A stretch of 64,000 nucleotides of DNA from positions 209,932,001 to 209,996,000 of the forward strand of contig OZ024741.1 in the NCBI GenBank assembly GCA_964016885.1. The letters are read 5' to 3'. Positions within the stretch are counted from its first letter, which is position 1; the number at the start of each line of letters is the position of its first letter. A model generated the notes under the pieces. It saw only the letters and a list, made by a program, of their open reading frames with translations. It did no database searches and was not told the DNA's origin. The DNA comes from Eledone cirrhosa. Taxonomy: Eukaryota. This document shows positions 49,537 to 62,208 of the stretch, piece after piece. Made by a program: the position numbers and the translations under genes.

Positions 49537-50091
49537 AAGTATGCATGTATACGTACATACATATATGTATACAGACGTACAGTAGCTTGCACATATATAT
49601 ATATATATACATATATATATACATATGCATACAGGTACACATACATATATGCACGTATCAGTTTAGCGGCGCTAACGTCGCTTTGTTCGTTTGTAAACAA
49701 ACTGAACAGCCTGAATTTATGCCATACGGTGTTAAGGCAACCACGTCACCTTTTTGTTCAACACTGACACAGGAACGATGTACTAGTTTCAAGCTTGTTA
49801 GCTATCATCAGCACCGTCTACCCATCTGCCAGATAGTTGAACGTTCGAAAGTATATACTTTCCTTATGAAAATTAACGGCTGTATGTACGTATACATGCA
49901 TACTTACATTTAAGTAAGTGCCATACTAAGAGTGAGAAATGAAATTTCGTTTTCATTTTGTTTCAATTTATCGTTTTCGGTATGCCTGACCGATTTAACT
50001 CACTCAATATGCAAATTAGGCTGCTCAGCCGTTAATTTTCATAAGGAAAGTATATACTTTCGAACGTTCAACTATCTGGCAGATGGGTAAA

Positions 50092-50132
50092 CGGTGCTGA
50101 TGATAGCTAACAAGCTTGAAACTAGTACATCG
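50092..50132 (+). ncRNA. Hammerhead ribozyme, F2 unit 1 (mirror copy at 49776-49816, minus)
   Basis: cggtg-CTGATGA-tagctaacaagctt-GAAA-ctag-TA-catcg. Confidence 0.82.
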
Positions 50133-50557
50133 TTCCTGTGTCAGTGTTGAACAAAAAGGTGACGTGGTTGCCTTAACACCGTATGGCATAAATTCAGGCT
50201 GTTCAGTTTGTTTACAAACGAACAAAGCGACGTTAGCGCCGCTAAACTGATACGTGCATATATGTATGTGTACCTGTATGCATATGTATATATATATGTA
50301 TATATATATATATATGTGCATGCTACTGTACGTCTGTATACATATATGTATGTACGTATACATGCATACTTACATTTAAGTAAGTGCCATACTAAGAGTG
50401 AGAAATGAAATTTCGTTTTCATTTTGTTTCAATTTATCGTTTTCGGTATGCCTGACCGATTTAACTCACTCAATATGCAAATTAGGCTGCTCAGCCGTTA
50501 ATTTTCATAAGGAAAGTATATACTTTCGAACGTTCAACTATCTGGCAGATGGGTAAA

Positions 50558-50598
50558 CGGTGCTGATGATAGCTAACAAGCTTGAAACTAGTACATCG
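50558..50598 (+). ncRNA. Hammerhead ribozyme, F2 unit 2
   Basis: Same sequence as 50092-50132, offset +466. Confidence 0.82.
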
Positions 50599-51023
50599 TT
50601 CCTGTGTCAGTGTTGAACAAAAAGGTGACGTGGTTGCCTTAACACCGTATGGCATAAATTCAGGCTGTTCAGTTTGTTTACAAACGAACAAAGCGACGTT
50701 AGCGCCGCTAAACTGATACGTGCATATATGTATGTGTACCTGTATGCATATGTATATATATATGTATATATATATATATATGTGCATGCTACTGTACGTC
50801 TGTATACATATATGTATGTACGTATACATGCATACTTACATTTAAGTAAGTGCCATACTAAGAGTGAGAAATGAAATTTCGTTTTCATTTTGTTTCAATT
50901 TATCGTTTTCGGTATGCCTGACCGATTTAACTCACTCAATATGCAAATTAGGCTGCTCAGCCGTTAATTTTCATAAGGAAAGTATATACTTTCGAACGTT
51001 CAACTATCTGGCAGATGGGTAAA

Positions 51024-51064
51024 CGGTGCTGATGATAGCTAACAAGCTTGAAACTAGTACATCG
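51024..51064 (+). ncRNA. Hammerhead ribozyme, F2 unit 3
   Basis: Same sequence as 50092-50132, offset +932. Confidence 0.82.
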
Positions 51065-51365
51065 TTCCTGTGTCAGTGTTGAACAAACAGGTGACGTGGT
51101 TGCCTTAACACCGTATGGCATAAATTCAGGCTGTTCAGTTTGTTTACAAACGAACAAAGCGACGTTAGCGCCGCTAAACTGATACGTGCATATATGTATG
51201 TGTACCTGTATGCATATGTATATATATATGTATATATATATATATATATGTGCATGCTACTGTACGTCTGTATACATATATGTATGTACGTATACATGCA
51301 TACTTACATTTAAGTAAGTGCCATACTAAGAGTGAGAAATGAAATTTCTTTTTCATTTTGTTTCA

Positions 51366-51417
<52 letters not shown>

Positions 51418-52131
51418 AGATTTGAATGGATACAGTTTAGTTGAAAGGAATTTATAACAGTTACATAACCTAAAACAGCTGCTATCTACAAACTTTTAGT
51501 TATGCAGACATTCAATATTTCAATGTTATTATTTACTGTCATTACATCAGAATAATATTACTGAGGACCTATTTAGTTTTTATAGAGAATATTAGGAGGG
51601 AGGGATGAAGTTGTTAGAAGAATAGTTGAAGGAGTGGTTTTTCGATAGCAGTGAGAATTCTTGGTGGCAGTGAGTAATTAGATTCCCATCTGTTGTTTTG
51701 ACATTTTTTATAGAATATATTATTGGTTATTTTTCTAAATCTATAGAAGGATTAGAGATAGTAAAGATATGCGTGGTTGGTTTTGTGTTTGCACTTAATT
51801 AACATTCAGACTTAAATGTTTCTTTCAAGTGTACGTATCCTTTCACCCACGCATTCACACACAAATATATTTGCACTCCTCTACAAAATACATATACTCA
51901 CAATTCACATATTCATACTTACATATATATACACATGCATACACATATATATACACACATGTATTCATGTACATACATACGCGCTCATGTGTATACATTT
52001 TCATACTCAACTTATCTTTATATACACACGTATAGACACACACATATATACATACTTACTCTAGTCCATGTGTACACACATACACATACATACACATCTA
52101 TATACACATATATACATACATATACATATAA

Positions 52132-52212
<81 letters not shown>

Positions 52213-52339
52213 TATACATATATATATACATATATATATAAGCACTTTAATACATGAATACACTTACATCTAACTATACACATCAAACATATATATATAT
52301 TTACTTATTTATATACATTTTCACATATATATACATACT

Positions 52340-52830
52340 TATGGACGTTTTTAGACACATTCATTATCGCATATTTGCACCTATTCTCATCAGCATATCT
52401 TTCCATTATTAGTGTGGTAATTTAAGGTTATTAATATATGTTGAGAAGAGATTGTTTTTATATTTTTCTAACTAGATTAACGTTTATATAGTTGGGGGAT
52501 GTCCCTCTTTTATGTAATATTCGGCTTGTAGTGGGAAAAAAGGGTTTTAGTTCGGTGACGGCAGAATAATGTTCGTTCAATTCTGTTATTCAGCAGTTTC
52601 TTCTTGTGTGTGATTATGTAATAAATCTCAAGATTACACAATTTGCAGAAATGTTGGCTCCTGGAAAAGCTTTGGGTTTTAGCTAATTTCTCCCATTTTA
52701 GGGTAAACTTTTGATCGCTATCCCTGAGCGTCCAAGCTTTTTCTGCTAAAGTTGTTACATTTCTTTGGCTCTGGTGTTTTATTGAGTAAGAATGCCTATA
52801 CAATCGAGATTTAAACGATGTTGCCGTTGA
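52340..52830 (-). mobile_element. PLE (Naiad-type) GIY-YIG 3' fragment with a degenerate downstream HHR (52340-52397)
   Basis: TSFKSRLYRHSYS...TTLAEKAW...LKWEKL...CKLCNLE...LLNNRIE...CRH; reverse complement tatg-CTGATGA...AAAA-acg-TC-cata. Confidence 0.75.
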
Positions 52831-52836
52831 TGCCGT

Positions 52837-52925
<89 letters not shown>

Positions 52926-53121
52926 GATAAATCTACCAAGAGTTTACGGTAGTGTCCAATCCGTATGAAGAACTCAATGTAATCCGGATATCATGGAAAG
53001 AAGAGATGCATTCAAAAATCACTTTCGGTGAAAGATAAACGGAATACAGAGTCAAGATAAAATATAAAAAAAATAATGAATAAAACAATGAAACAGTTCC
53101 TTATATTAAACAAAAAAAGTT

Positions 53122-53270
53122 CATTATTTAACGATCGTTTCTAGGACATATATGTGTTAGAATTGGCATGCATATTCAACAGATCTATGTACAAAATTAT
53201 ACAAAATTATACAAACTATCAAATTTAATATACATACCAACACATATATATGCCGTCTTCAGAAATAATG
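53122..53270 (-). ncRNA. Hammerhead-like ribozyme with a very long stem II (sense pLTR)
   Basis: Reverse complement of 58381-58529. Confidence 0.65.
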
Positions 53271-54029
53271 AAATATATTTATTGATAATAACAACAATTC
53301 AAAATTACAGGTCTGTTTGGGAACAGAGTTCAAATTGACCAATGAAATACACAGAAATATGTCCAGAAAATACAGTTAGGTGTGTGTATATATGTAAGTA
53401 ACTTCGTTCACATATATGCATAAAAATATATGTTCACATGCATACGCATGTCGAAAAAATGTATGTAAATACAAAAATTCAGGGCTAATGTCTCTGTATG
53501 TTTATAATCTACAGATAAAATACATATACGTATATAAACATATATACATTCATATATACACACATAAACATACATTCACACACACACGCGCATATACGCA
53601 TAAACATACACATAACCACGAACATACACACACACACACACCCACACACACACACACATATATGTGTATATATTATTATCATAAGCATATGGACATTAAG
53701 GCACGCACATAAGCACTGCCACATATATTTAGGTCCAGATACAGAAAGTAGGTAGGGGGGGGGGGGGTCAGTATTTACGTGTGTCAGACAAACTGCCTAT
53801 TTAAAAATGTATCTATAAATTTAGAAATAAAAAGAAGAATATTAAAAAAATATATATATATAAACAAGCAAAATATAAAATACACATCGATATATATACA
53901 TATATATACATACACATATACATACACACATATATATATATATATACACATATATATACATATATATACACACACATATATATAGAGACACATACATATA
54001 CACATATAAATACATAGACACATATACAT

Positions 54030-54071
<42 letters not shown>

Positions 54072-54196
54072 TCACAACACACATATATATATATATGTAT
54101 ATACACACACACACATGTACACACACATATACACATACATACCCATATATACATATATATACACACACACATACACACACACATATAGACACACAC

Positions 54197-54235
<39 letters not shown>

Positions 54236-54395
54236 CATACATACATACACATACATATACACACACACACATACACATACATATACGCATATATACACAC
54301 ACACACACACACACACATCCATGTATGCATATACACATACAACTACATGCTCACACAACTCAGACATACATAAATAAAGAGATATACATACACAC

Positions 54396-54438
<43 letters not shown>

Positions 54439-54457
54439 TATATATACACACACATAA

Positions 54458-54488
<31 letters not shown>

Positions 54489-54511
54489 TATACATACATA
54501 TATATACACAC

Positions 54512-54583
<72 letters not shown>

Positions 54584-54649
54584 TCATATACATATATATA
54601 AAATAAATAAATAAATAAATAAATAAATACACACAGTCAGACAATTATG

Positions 54650-54711
<62 letters not shown>

Positions 54712-54853
54712 CACTCATCAACTACAAATGTATATATATATATATATATACGCTCACATATACACGCACACATACGCGTATATATACACACACACACATA
54801 CACATAGACATATATATATACATACATACATATACATACATACATATATATAC

Positions 54854-54920
<67 letters not shown>

Positions 54921-55578
54921 ATCATACACCCTTATTTACATGCGCACATATGTATTTTTATACTCACATACAAGCACCCTAACATACATACCTACCTACA
55001 TATACATACGTATATCCACGCTTACAAATACAAATAATTATAGGGGGGGGGGGAAAGGGGATTATAGTAAATATAGGTTTCAAGGAACATAGAATATTAA
55101 ATTGCATCTAGATCATAATATGTGTTTACATAGTAGTTTCAGTATTAGGAAATGTAAGAAAGAAAGCAAAATTATGCATTTTAATATAAGTAGACTATTA
55201 ATTATAGGTTAACTAAATTAAAAATAGTTAATATATTGATTTCTAAGGTGTATACTACTTAGGTTTATAATTTTTGAAGCGGAATTTTGAAGTTAAACAG
55301 TAGTAGAGTATTAATTATAGCATACCTAAATTAAAAATATTAACATTATGGTATCAATATTAGGAAATGAATTTAGTAATAGGGAAAAAAACCAAAACAA
55401 GTATTTCATCGGTAGTAGAATATAAATTATAGGTTAACTAAATTAAAAATTATATATTAATTTCTATAGTATGTGTTAATTAGGTTTATAATAATTAAAA
55501 CAGATTTTGTATTTTATCTATAGTAAAATGTGATTATAGGTTAATAAAAAATAAAAAATAAAAAATAAAAAATAAAAA

Positions 55579-55611
<33 letters not shown>

Positions 55612-55615
<4 letters not shown>

Positions 55616-56152
55616 TAGATAAATCTACCAAGAGTTTACGGTAGTGTCCAATCCGTATGAAGAACTCAATGTATTCCGGATATCATGGAAAGAAGAGATG
55701 TAATGAAAATCCACTTTCGGTGAAAGAAAAACGGTATACAGAGTCAAGATAAAATATTAAATAAATAATGAACAAACAATTCCTTATATTAAACAAAAAA
55801 AGTTCACTATTTAACGATCGTTTCTAGGGCATATATGTGTTATAATTGGTATGCATATTCAACAGATCTATGTACAAAATTATACAAAATTATACAAATT
55901 ATCAAGATTAAATATACATACCTAACACATATATACGCCGTCTTCAGAAATAATGATTATTTCTGAAGACGGCGTATATATGTGTTAGGTATGTATATTT
56001 AATCTTGATAATTTGTATAATTTTGTATAATTTTGTACATAGATCTGTTGAATATGCATACCAATTATAACACATATATGCCCTAGAAACGATCGTTAAA
56101 TAGTGAACTTTTTTTGTTTAATATAAGGAATTGTTTGTTCATTATTTATTTA

Positions 56153-56161
<9 letters not shown>
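55612..56161. mobile_element. pLTR-only fold-back of the same PLE family nested in (TA)n; palindrome centred at 55955
   Basis: 55749-55954 / 55956-56161 inverted with a 1-nt spacer; tail 55612-55748 homologous to 52921-53057. Confidence 0.85.
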
Positions 56162-56192
<31 letters not shown>

Positions 56193-56651
56193 ATTGTAAA
56201 GAATATATTAATTAGGTATATATTTAAAATTTTTCCCAGTTTATGATTACATGATATTCTGCAATCCATCTGTATTAGAATTTTAATTTTAAGCTAATTA
56301 AAATAACATTTTAGGTTAACTAAATTAAAATTAAATTATAAATATATTTCTAAATTGTACATTAATTAGGTTTATAATATTAAAAAATATTTCTCTGTCA
56401 TTGATTACACGCTATTTTGTACTATTTCATCTGTAAAGGAATTTTAATAAAAGGTTAAATAAACTAAAATTAATCTATAAATTAATTTACAAAGTATATA
56501 TTAATTATGTTAATAATTTTTAAAAGTTTTTCACAATTTATGATTACACAATATTTTATAATCTCAACTGTAGTAGAATTTTAATTAAATTAAATTTATA
56601 GGTTAACTAACATTTAAATTAAATTATATATTAATTTCTAAAATTATATTA

Positions 56652-58220
56652 TTAATTAGGTTTATAATATTTAAATGTTTTTCTTAGTTTATGATTACAC
56701 GATATAATTAATTCCTGTCGCTTATTTAATAGGATATCCTTAGATTTCATTATTTCAAATAGTTCTTGGGAACATAATCTACATTCATTTCTATTATTTT
56801 GATAAGGGGTGGCTCTTTTGAGCACACTCCAGGTCATATCATATTCTATATTCTTATTTTTATAACTATTGATTTTTTCTGCTAGAGATGTTGTATTAGC
56901 TAGTGCGGCATTTTTAAAACTATGTTTGTGGGTATTAAACCTTACCTTAAAATTGTTAGAAGTAGCTCCTATATATGAGCAAATAGAATCTTTAGTTTTA
57001 ACATTACATTTATAAACTATGTTGTTAACAAGACAATTTCCTTTTAATGGGCAGTTTGCTTTGTTTCTACAGTTACAACCTTTCGTTAATTCTGTATTTG
57101 AGGAGATATTATGGTTAGTTTGATGTATTGGTGGTATACTTATGGTATTCTTACATTTATATGCATTATAGGCACTTATATTTTGTTTTATGCTTTTGGT
57201 TGTTGAGTATGAGAATTTAACTGTTGACCTATTTAAGATTTGATGGTATTTGTGGTTTGGCGGGAAGTTTTTCTCTAGGATATAAAAAATTTTTTTAGCA
57301 ATATTATCCTTAATTTGTAAATTAAATGGAGCATTATACCAAGTAACTCGTCTATTACGGTTTCTATGTTGTTTATTATTTTTATAGGTTGTATCGTGAT
57401 GTTTACTAGGGGGATTAATGTTAATGATCTCACCACGCACATTTTTAGTTAGATTTATAGATTTAGGTGTTTTATCTTGTTTATTAGGAGTTTTATTATT
57501 AACATTTATTAGAGTTGTATGATGAGTAGTTTTTTGAGAGTTACTATACTTTATATTAGAGGAGTTGTTGGTATTTTGGGGTATAGTGTGGGTGGCATTT
57601 AGGTGTGTACTTTTCATTTGGTGTTTGTTGGTAATATTAGGTTGTATGTTTATAGTATTTTTAGTAGAAGGTATATATTCTAATCTATTTTTGTGGCCAC
57701 TTCTATCTAGAGCTTCGTTATAGAAGGTCGCATTTTTATCAAATACATCTTGGTTAGAAATTCTAAGTGATATATTATATGCAAGGTTTTTAAGGATAGA
57801 TTTAGGGTGATTAGATTGTGAGTGTATGTAGTGTAAGTTTTGGTTGGGTTTATGGTAAGGTTGGTAGATACCCGTAGCTAAGTCTAAAGTTATATCTAGG
57901 AAATTAACTACTTTACTTGTGTTTTCAAAAGTAATATGAAGACTATAATAGTCTTTAAGGAAAGTTCTAATAAGCTTTTTGTTTTTTTCTATTTCTGAAA
58001 GGCTAAGGTTGTTGGAAAGAAGAAGACAGTCATCACGATATAAACCACCTTTAAGGTGGGGAAAGGAAGCATTTATGTTGAAAAGGAGAAAGAGGCCCAC
58101 AAGATCAGTAATTTGGGCGGAATCGCTTGAACCCATAGTGATATCAAATAGATTACTATATGTGTTTCTGGTCCAGTATTCATTCTGAAATTCAATAAGT
58201 GTTAGTCTAGCATGTGTAAT
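56652..58220 (-). pseudogene. 5'-truncated PLE RT plus GIY-YIG endonuclease ORF (open for ~520 aa)
   Basis: FDITMGS, GLYRDD, VNFLDITLDL, SNHP, WYNAPF, CNCRNKANC (CxCx5C), IVY..YIGAT..FKVRFNTHK, CRLC..E, LLNKR..CNH. Confidence 0.9.
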
Positions 58221-58380
58221 AATATTTTTATGCATATATGTGAACGAAGTTACTTACATATATACACACACCTAACTGTATTTTCTGGACATATTTCTGT
58301 GTATTTCATTGGTCAATTTGAACTCTGTTCCCAAACAGACCTGTAATTTTGAATTGTTGTTATTATCAATAAATATATTT

Positions 58381-58529
58381 CATTATTTCTGAAGACGGCA
58401 TATATATGTGTTGGTATGTATATTAAATTTGATAGTTTGTATAATTTTGTATAATTTTGTACATAGATCTGTTGAATATGCATGCCAATTCTAACACATA
58501 TATGTCCTAGAAACGATCGTTAAATAATG
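58381..58529 (+). ncRNA. Hammerhead-like ribozyme with a ~114-nt stem II domain (inverted pLTR)
   Basis: cattattt-CTGAAGA-[ggcatatatatgtgtt..ggtatgtatatt...aatatgcatgcc..aacacatatatgtcc]-GAAA-cgatcg-TT-aaataatg. Confidence 0.68.
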
Positions 58530-58585
58530 AACTTTTTTTGTTTAATATAAGGAACTGTTTCATTGTTTTATTCATTATTTTTTAA

Positions 58586-58667
<82 letters not shown>

Positions 58668-58728
58668 TGAGTGTGTTCTGTTATTAATTCTGGCAATATT
58701 ACACAAATATGACCCTCCCCAAGTATAA

Positions 58729-58767
<39 letters not shown>

Positions 58768-58855
58768 CTGTATATATATATAAATTTAGGAAAATGTTAA
58801 ACCTCGACGCCAGAGCTCAAGTCGTTTCGACGGCTATTTCTGGACCATATATATG

Positions 58856-58915
<60 letters not shown>

Positions 58916-59189
58916 CAAATATCAGATATCTCTTTCCCCCTCCCCCTCTGTCTCTCTTAACACAATCTTCTCTCAAATCTGCAGATTTCTCATCTATTCC
59001 TTCCCTTTACCAATCCACTTCTTACTTATCTCTCTTCTACTCTCTCCCCCTCTCTTATATCGCCCCTCACTCATCCTGCTTCCCCCCTCTTTTTGTTTCT
59101 CTCATTTTGTCTTTGTTTCTTTCTCTCTCGCTAATTCCTTCTCTCACTCTCTCCATCACTCTCTCTTTTTAGCTCTCCTTTTCTCTCTC

Positions 59190-59295
<106 letters not shown>

Positions 59296-59957
59296 ATATA
59301 GTTTACGGATTGTAACGTCAAATTACTGTCGACGTTTAGTTTCCGGTGTGTATTTTGCGGCTGTACTAAGCAGAATGTAATAGAAATAATTGTTTCTACT
59401 TTTGCAATTATTTCTACTTCAGCAATTATCCCAGTATATTACTGGTACTTTATATCATCAACCCCGTAAGGATGAAAGGCAAAGTTAACCTCGGTGGCAT
59501 TTAAACTCAGACCATAAAGGGCCGTAACTCTTTGCTGCAAAGCATGGCGTCGTCAGGGCTCTACCGAGACTACCAATCCAGCACCATTGTAATAGTAATA
59601 ATGGTATGGACGAGGCGTCAAATTTTCATTATATTTATTGAGGTGTGACGTGCGTTTCGCGATTGAGCAGCTCAAGGCTCGATCTGTGTCGATTGGGCCA
59701 GACTCTGGAATGAAAAGCTCACCAGACTTCTGTTATCGTAATTCTACAAATTTCATACTTGAGGACCCAAACAGAGTACTTGATACTTAGGGTAGTAGAG
59801 TGGGTAATAGGAAAAGAGTCAGGACCCCGTCGGCTGAGCTCCGGCCGTTTCGGCAGCTAGATCCGTATAGTTCGGATCGAGCTGTCAAAACGGCCGTAGC
59901 TCCGCCGTCGCGGTCCTGACTCTTTTCCTATATATATAATTTATATATATATATATA

Positions 59958-60290
59958 TATGTACACGTACATACATATATGTATCCAGACGTACAGTAGT
60001 ATGTATATATATACATACATGCACATATATATATATATGTACGTATGGGTTTACCGAACATTTATTATAATGCTCGGGCTGTTTGTAAACAAACAGCCCG
60101 AATTACGCCGTACAGTGTTCAGGCAACCATCGTCACCTTTTTGTTCAACACTGACACAGGAACGACGTACTAGTTTCAAGCTTATTAGCTATCGTCAGCA
60201 TCGTATACCTTTCTGTCAGATGGTTGAACGTCTGAAAGTATATACTTTCCTTATGCATATTAACGGCTGGCAGCTTAATTTGCATTAAGT
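59958..60290 (-). mobile_element. F2 partial copy with HHR at 60163-60203
   Basis: Reverse complement cgatg-CTGACGA-tagctaataagctt-GAAA-ctag-TA-cgtcg. Confidence 0.8.
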
Positions 60291-60509
60291 CAGGCGCACC
60301 GAAATATAAATTTAGCGAGAATCGCATTTCGGCGGGTAGAAATTGCGAAACGCAACTTCCATATTGTGCAGACCAGCGTCCCATGGATATGAAGAAGATA
60401 CCAGAGCTATAAACGTAAGTTAAAATGGTCATACACGCTGAGACGATGGTTAAGAAGCCATTAACCACCATAGCCAAAAAAGCGAACAAGCTAAACGGGT
60501 CAAACAAAA

Positions 60510-60575
<66 letters not shown>

Positions 60576-60664
60576 ACACATTTATATATATATATACATC
60601 AGTTGTTCTACAGAGCAGTTATATAGAATTCACAAGAATCAAAGCTATGTTCAAAGCATTTATT

Positions 60665-60711
60665 CACTTACAATTGTTTCATCCAAACCTAGGCTTGGAG
60701 TCTTCGGAGCA
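60665..60711 (-). ncRNA. Hammerhead-like motif, possibly the pLTR of the 62.2-63.5 kb PLE
   Basis: Reverse complement tgct-CCGAAGA-c tccaagc cta g gtttgga t-GAAA-caattg-TA-agtg; one core substitution. Confidence 0.6.
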
Positions 60712-62208
60712 TTTTTCAATGTTTGTATACATAATTGACCTCCTTTCCAACGCAAGAGACATACAGATACATATATATATATATATTGATGTACAGTGGA
60801 GTGGCATATATTATACTATACTATTTTTGTACAGAAATTCAAATTCAAAATCAAAATCAAAATCAAAATTAAAATAAAAATCAAAATTAAAATACATTCG
60901 GCAGATAACACAGATAATGCAAGAGGATAGTTTGATAGTCAGGTCTAGTAGGTAGTGTATGCGTTAGTTACACATGGAGCATGCAAGTGTGTCTCTTTTT
61001 TATACTATTATTGTGTGGCAGGGTGTTACACGTAATGCAAGCACTTTAAGCGGGTAAGCAAGATTATTATGGTGGTTGTAGTGGTAAGGTATTTTTTGTA
61101 TTCAACAAAAAAGTATGTGTGCAGAAAAATAAAAATAAAAAGAAGAAGCAAAAGAAAGTTATGGTTTTCGTATCCACCATCATTTTCACATTCAGAAAAA
61201 ATAAGATATAGTTTCTACATCCATCACATAAGTAACGATGATTCCGTATTGAATGTTTGATGCATTAAAATAAATTATTTTAGCGTATTGAGGCTCAGTG
61301 TTATTTAATTCAAGTTTATAGAATAGGTTGATTCTGCTGCGAGAATTTACAGCGGTTTATTACCCGGAAGTATGTGTGTAATTAAGGGGAGTTAATGCGT
61401 AAGGGGAGGTAACTAGTCGAATATCATAACTAAATTCATTGTTCTAACATACATTATAAGGCGCCTCAATTGAGTCCCTTATATAGACGGTTATACATTT
61501 ATATCTAGTTTCCAATTTTAAATACAGTCTACTCTATCATGATGTACTAAAGGTATCTATATTAAGTTGATTACTCCCTATTATATAGTGCTACAATTGA
61601 ATATTCCATACAAAGTGCCATACCTTTATATCAAAGTTCACTGTAAATGCAGTCTACTCTCAGAACATATCAGGGGACCTATTAGAATTTTGTCTACATA
61701 ACCCCTGGCAAGTTATGGAGCAGCGTATGGCTGTTTGCATGGCAAAACAAAATACATCTCTAGGGCAGACAAATCCATCCCCCATTTACAATGTCATTAA
61801 TCTATCCATCAAGTTATACTTGCATATATAATTCATATATAATTCATACATAATTCATTGCAGCACCCTACATATAAGTTAGACAGATCTCTTATGTTAA
61901 TAAATTAATCTTATATACATCCAATGTTATCACTCCATACATTTAATTACAAGTGCATAAATAATTCATTGCCATATCTAGTATTTAAACTTTATATAGA
62001 CTGTATTGTATCATTATATAATTATAAGTAATTGAAAGTAATTATACTAAAAGTAGGTGTTCATAGGGATATTTCTAGGGTATAAAGTTATAGATAGATG
62101 GAATGATTTGTGTTGAGATAGGGTGGATCAGAGAGTGTGGAGTTGTGGTGTAAGGTGTGCCCTTGAGGTGTAGTGTTAGAAGTGGTGATGGGTTCAAGTC
62201 TGACATTG

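Larger units (their letters stand above)
49531..51369 (+). mobile_element. Retrozyme-like F2 array: inverted arm (49531-49880) plus ~3.2 head-to-tail 466-bp units
   Basis: Units start at 49881, 50347, 50813, 51281 and are nearly identical; flanked by (TA)n. Confidence 0.88.
52921..58595 (-). mobile_element. Penelope-like (Naiad-type) element: inverted pLTR, 5'-truncated ORF, long microsatellite-filled 3' region, sense pLTR with tail
   Basis: 58219-58595 is the reverse complement of 53058-53432; 52921-53057 is a one-sided tail; ORF at 56652-58235. Confidence 0.78.

Noticed and set aside
49545-51297. Repeated 112-aa ORFs in the 466-bp units
   Set aside because: Start inside TA-rich repeats, no domain, not conserved in other F2 subfamilies
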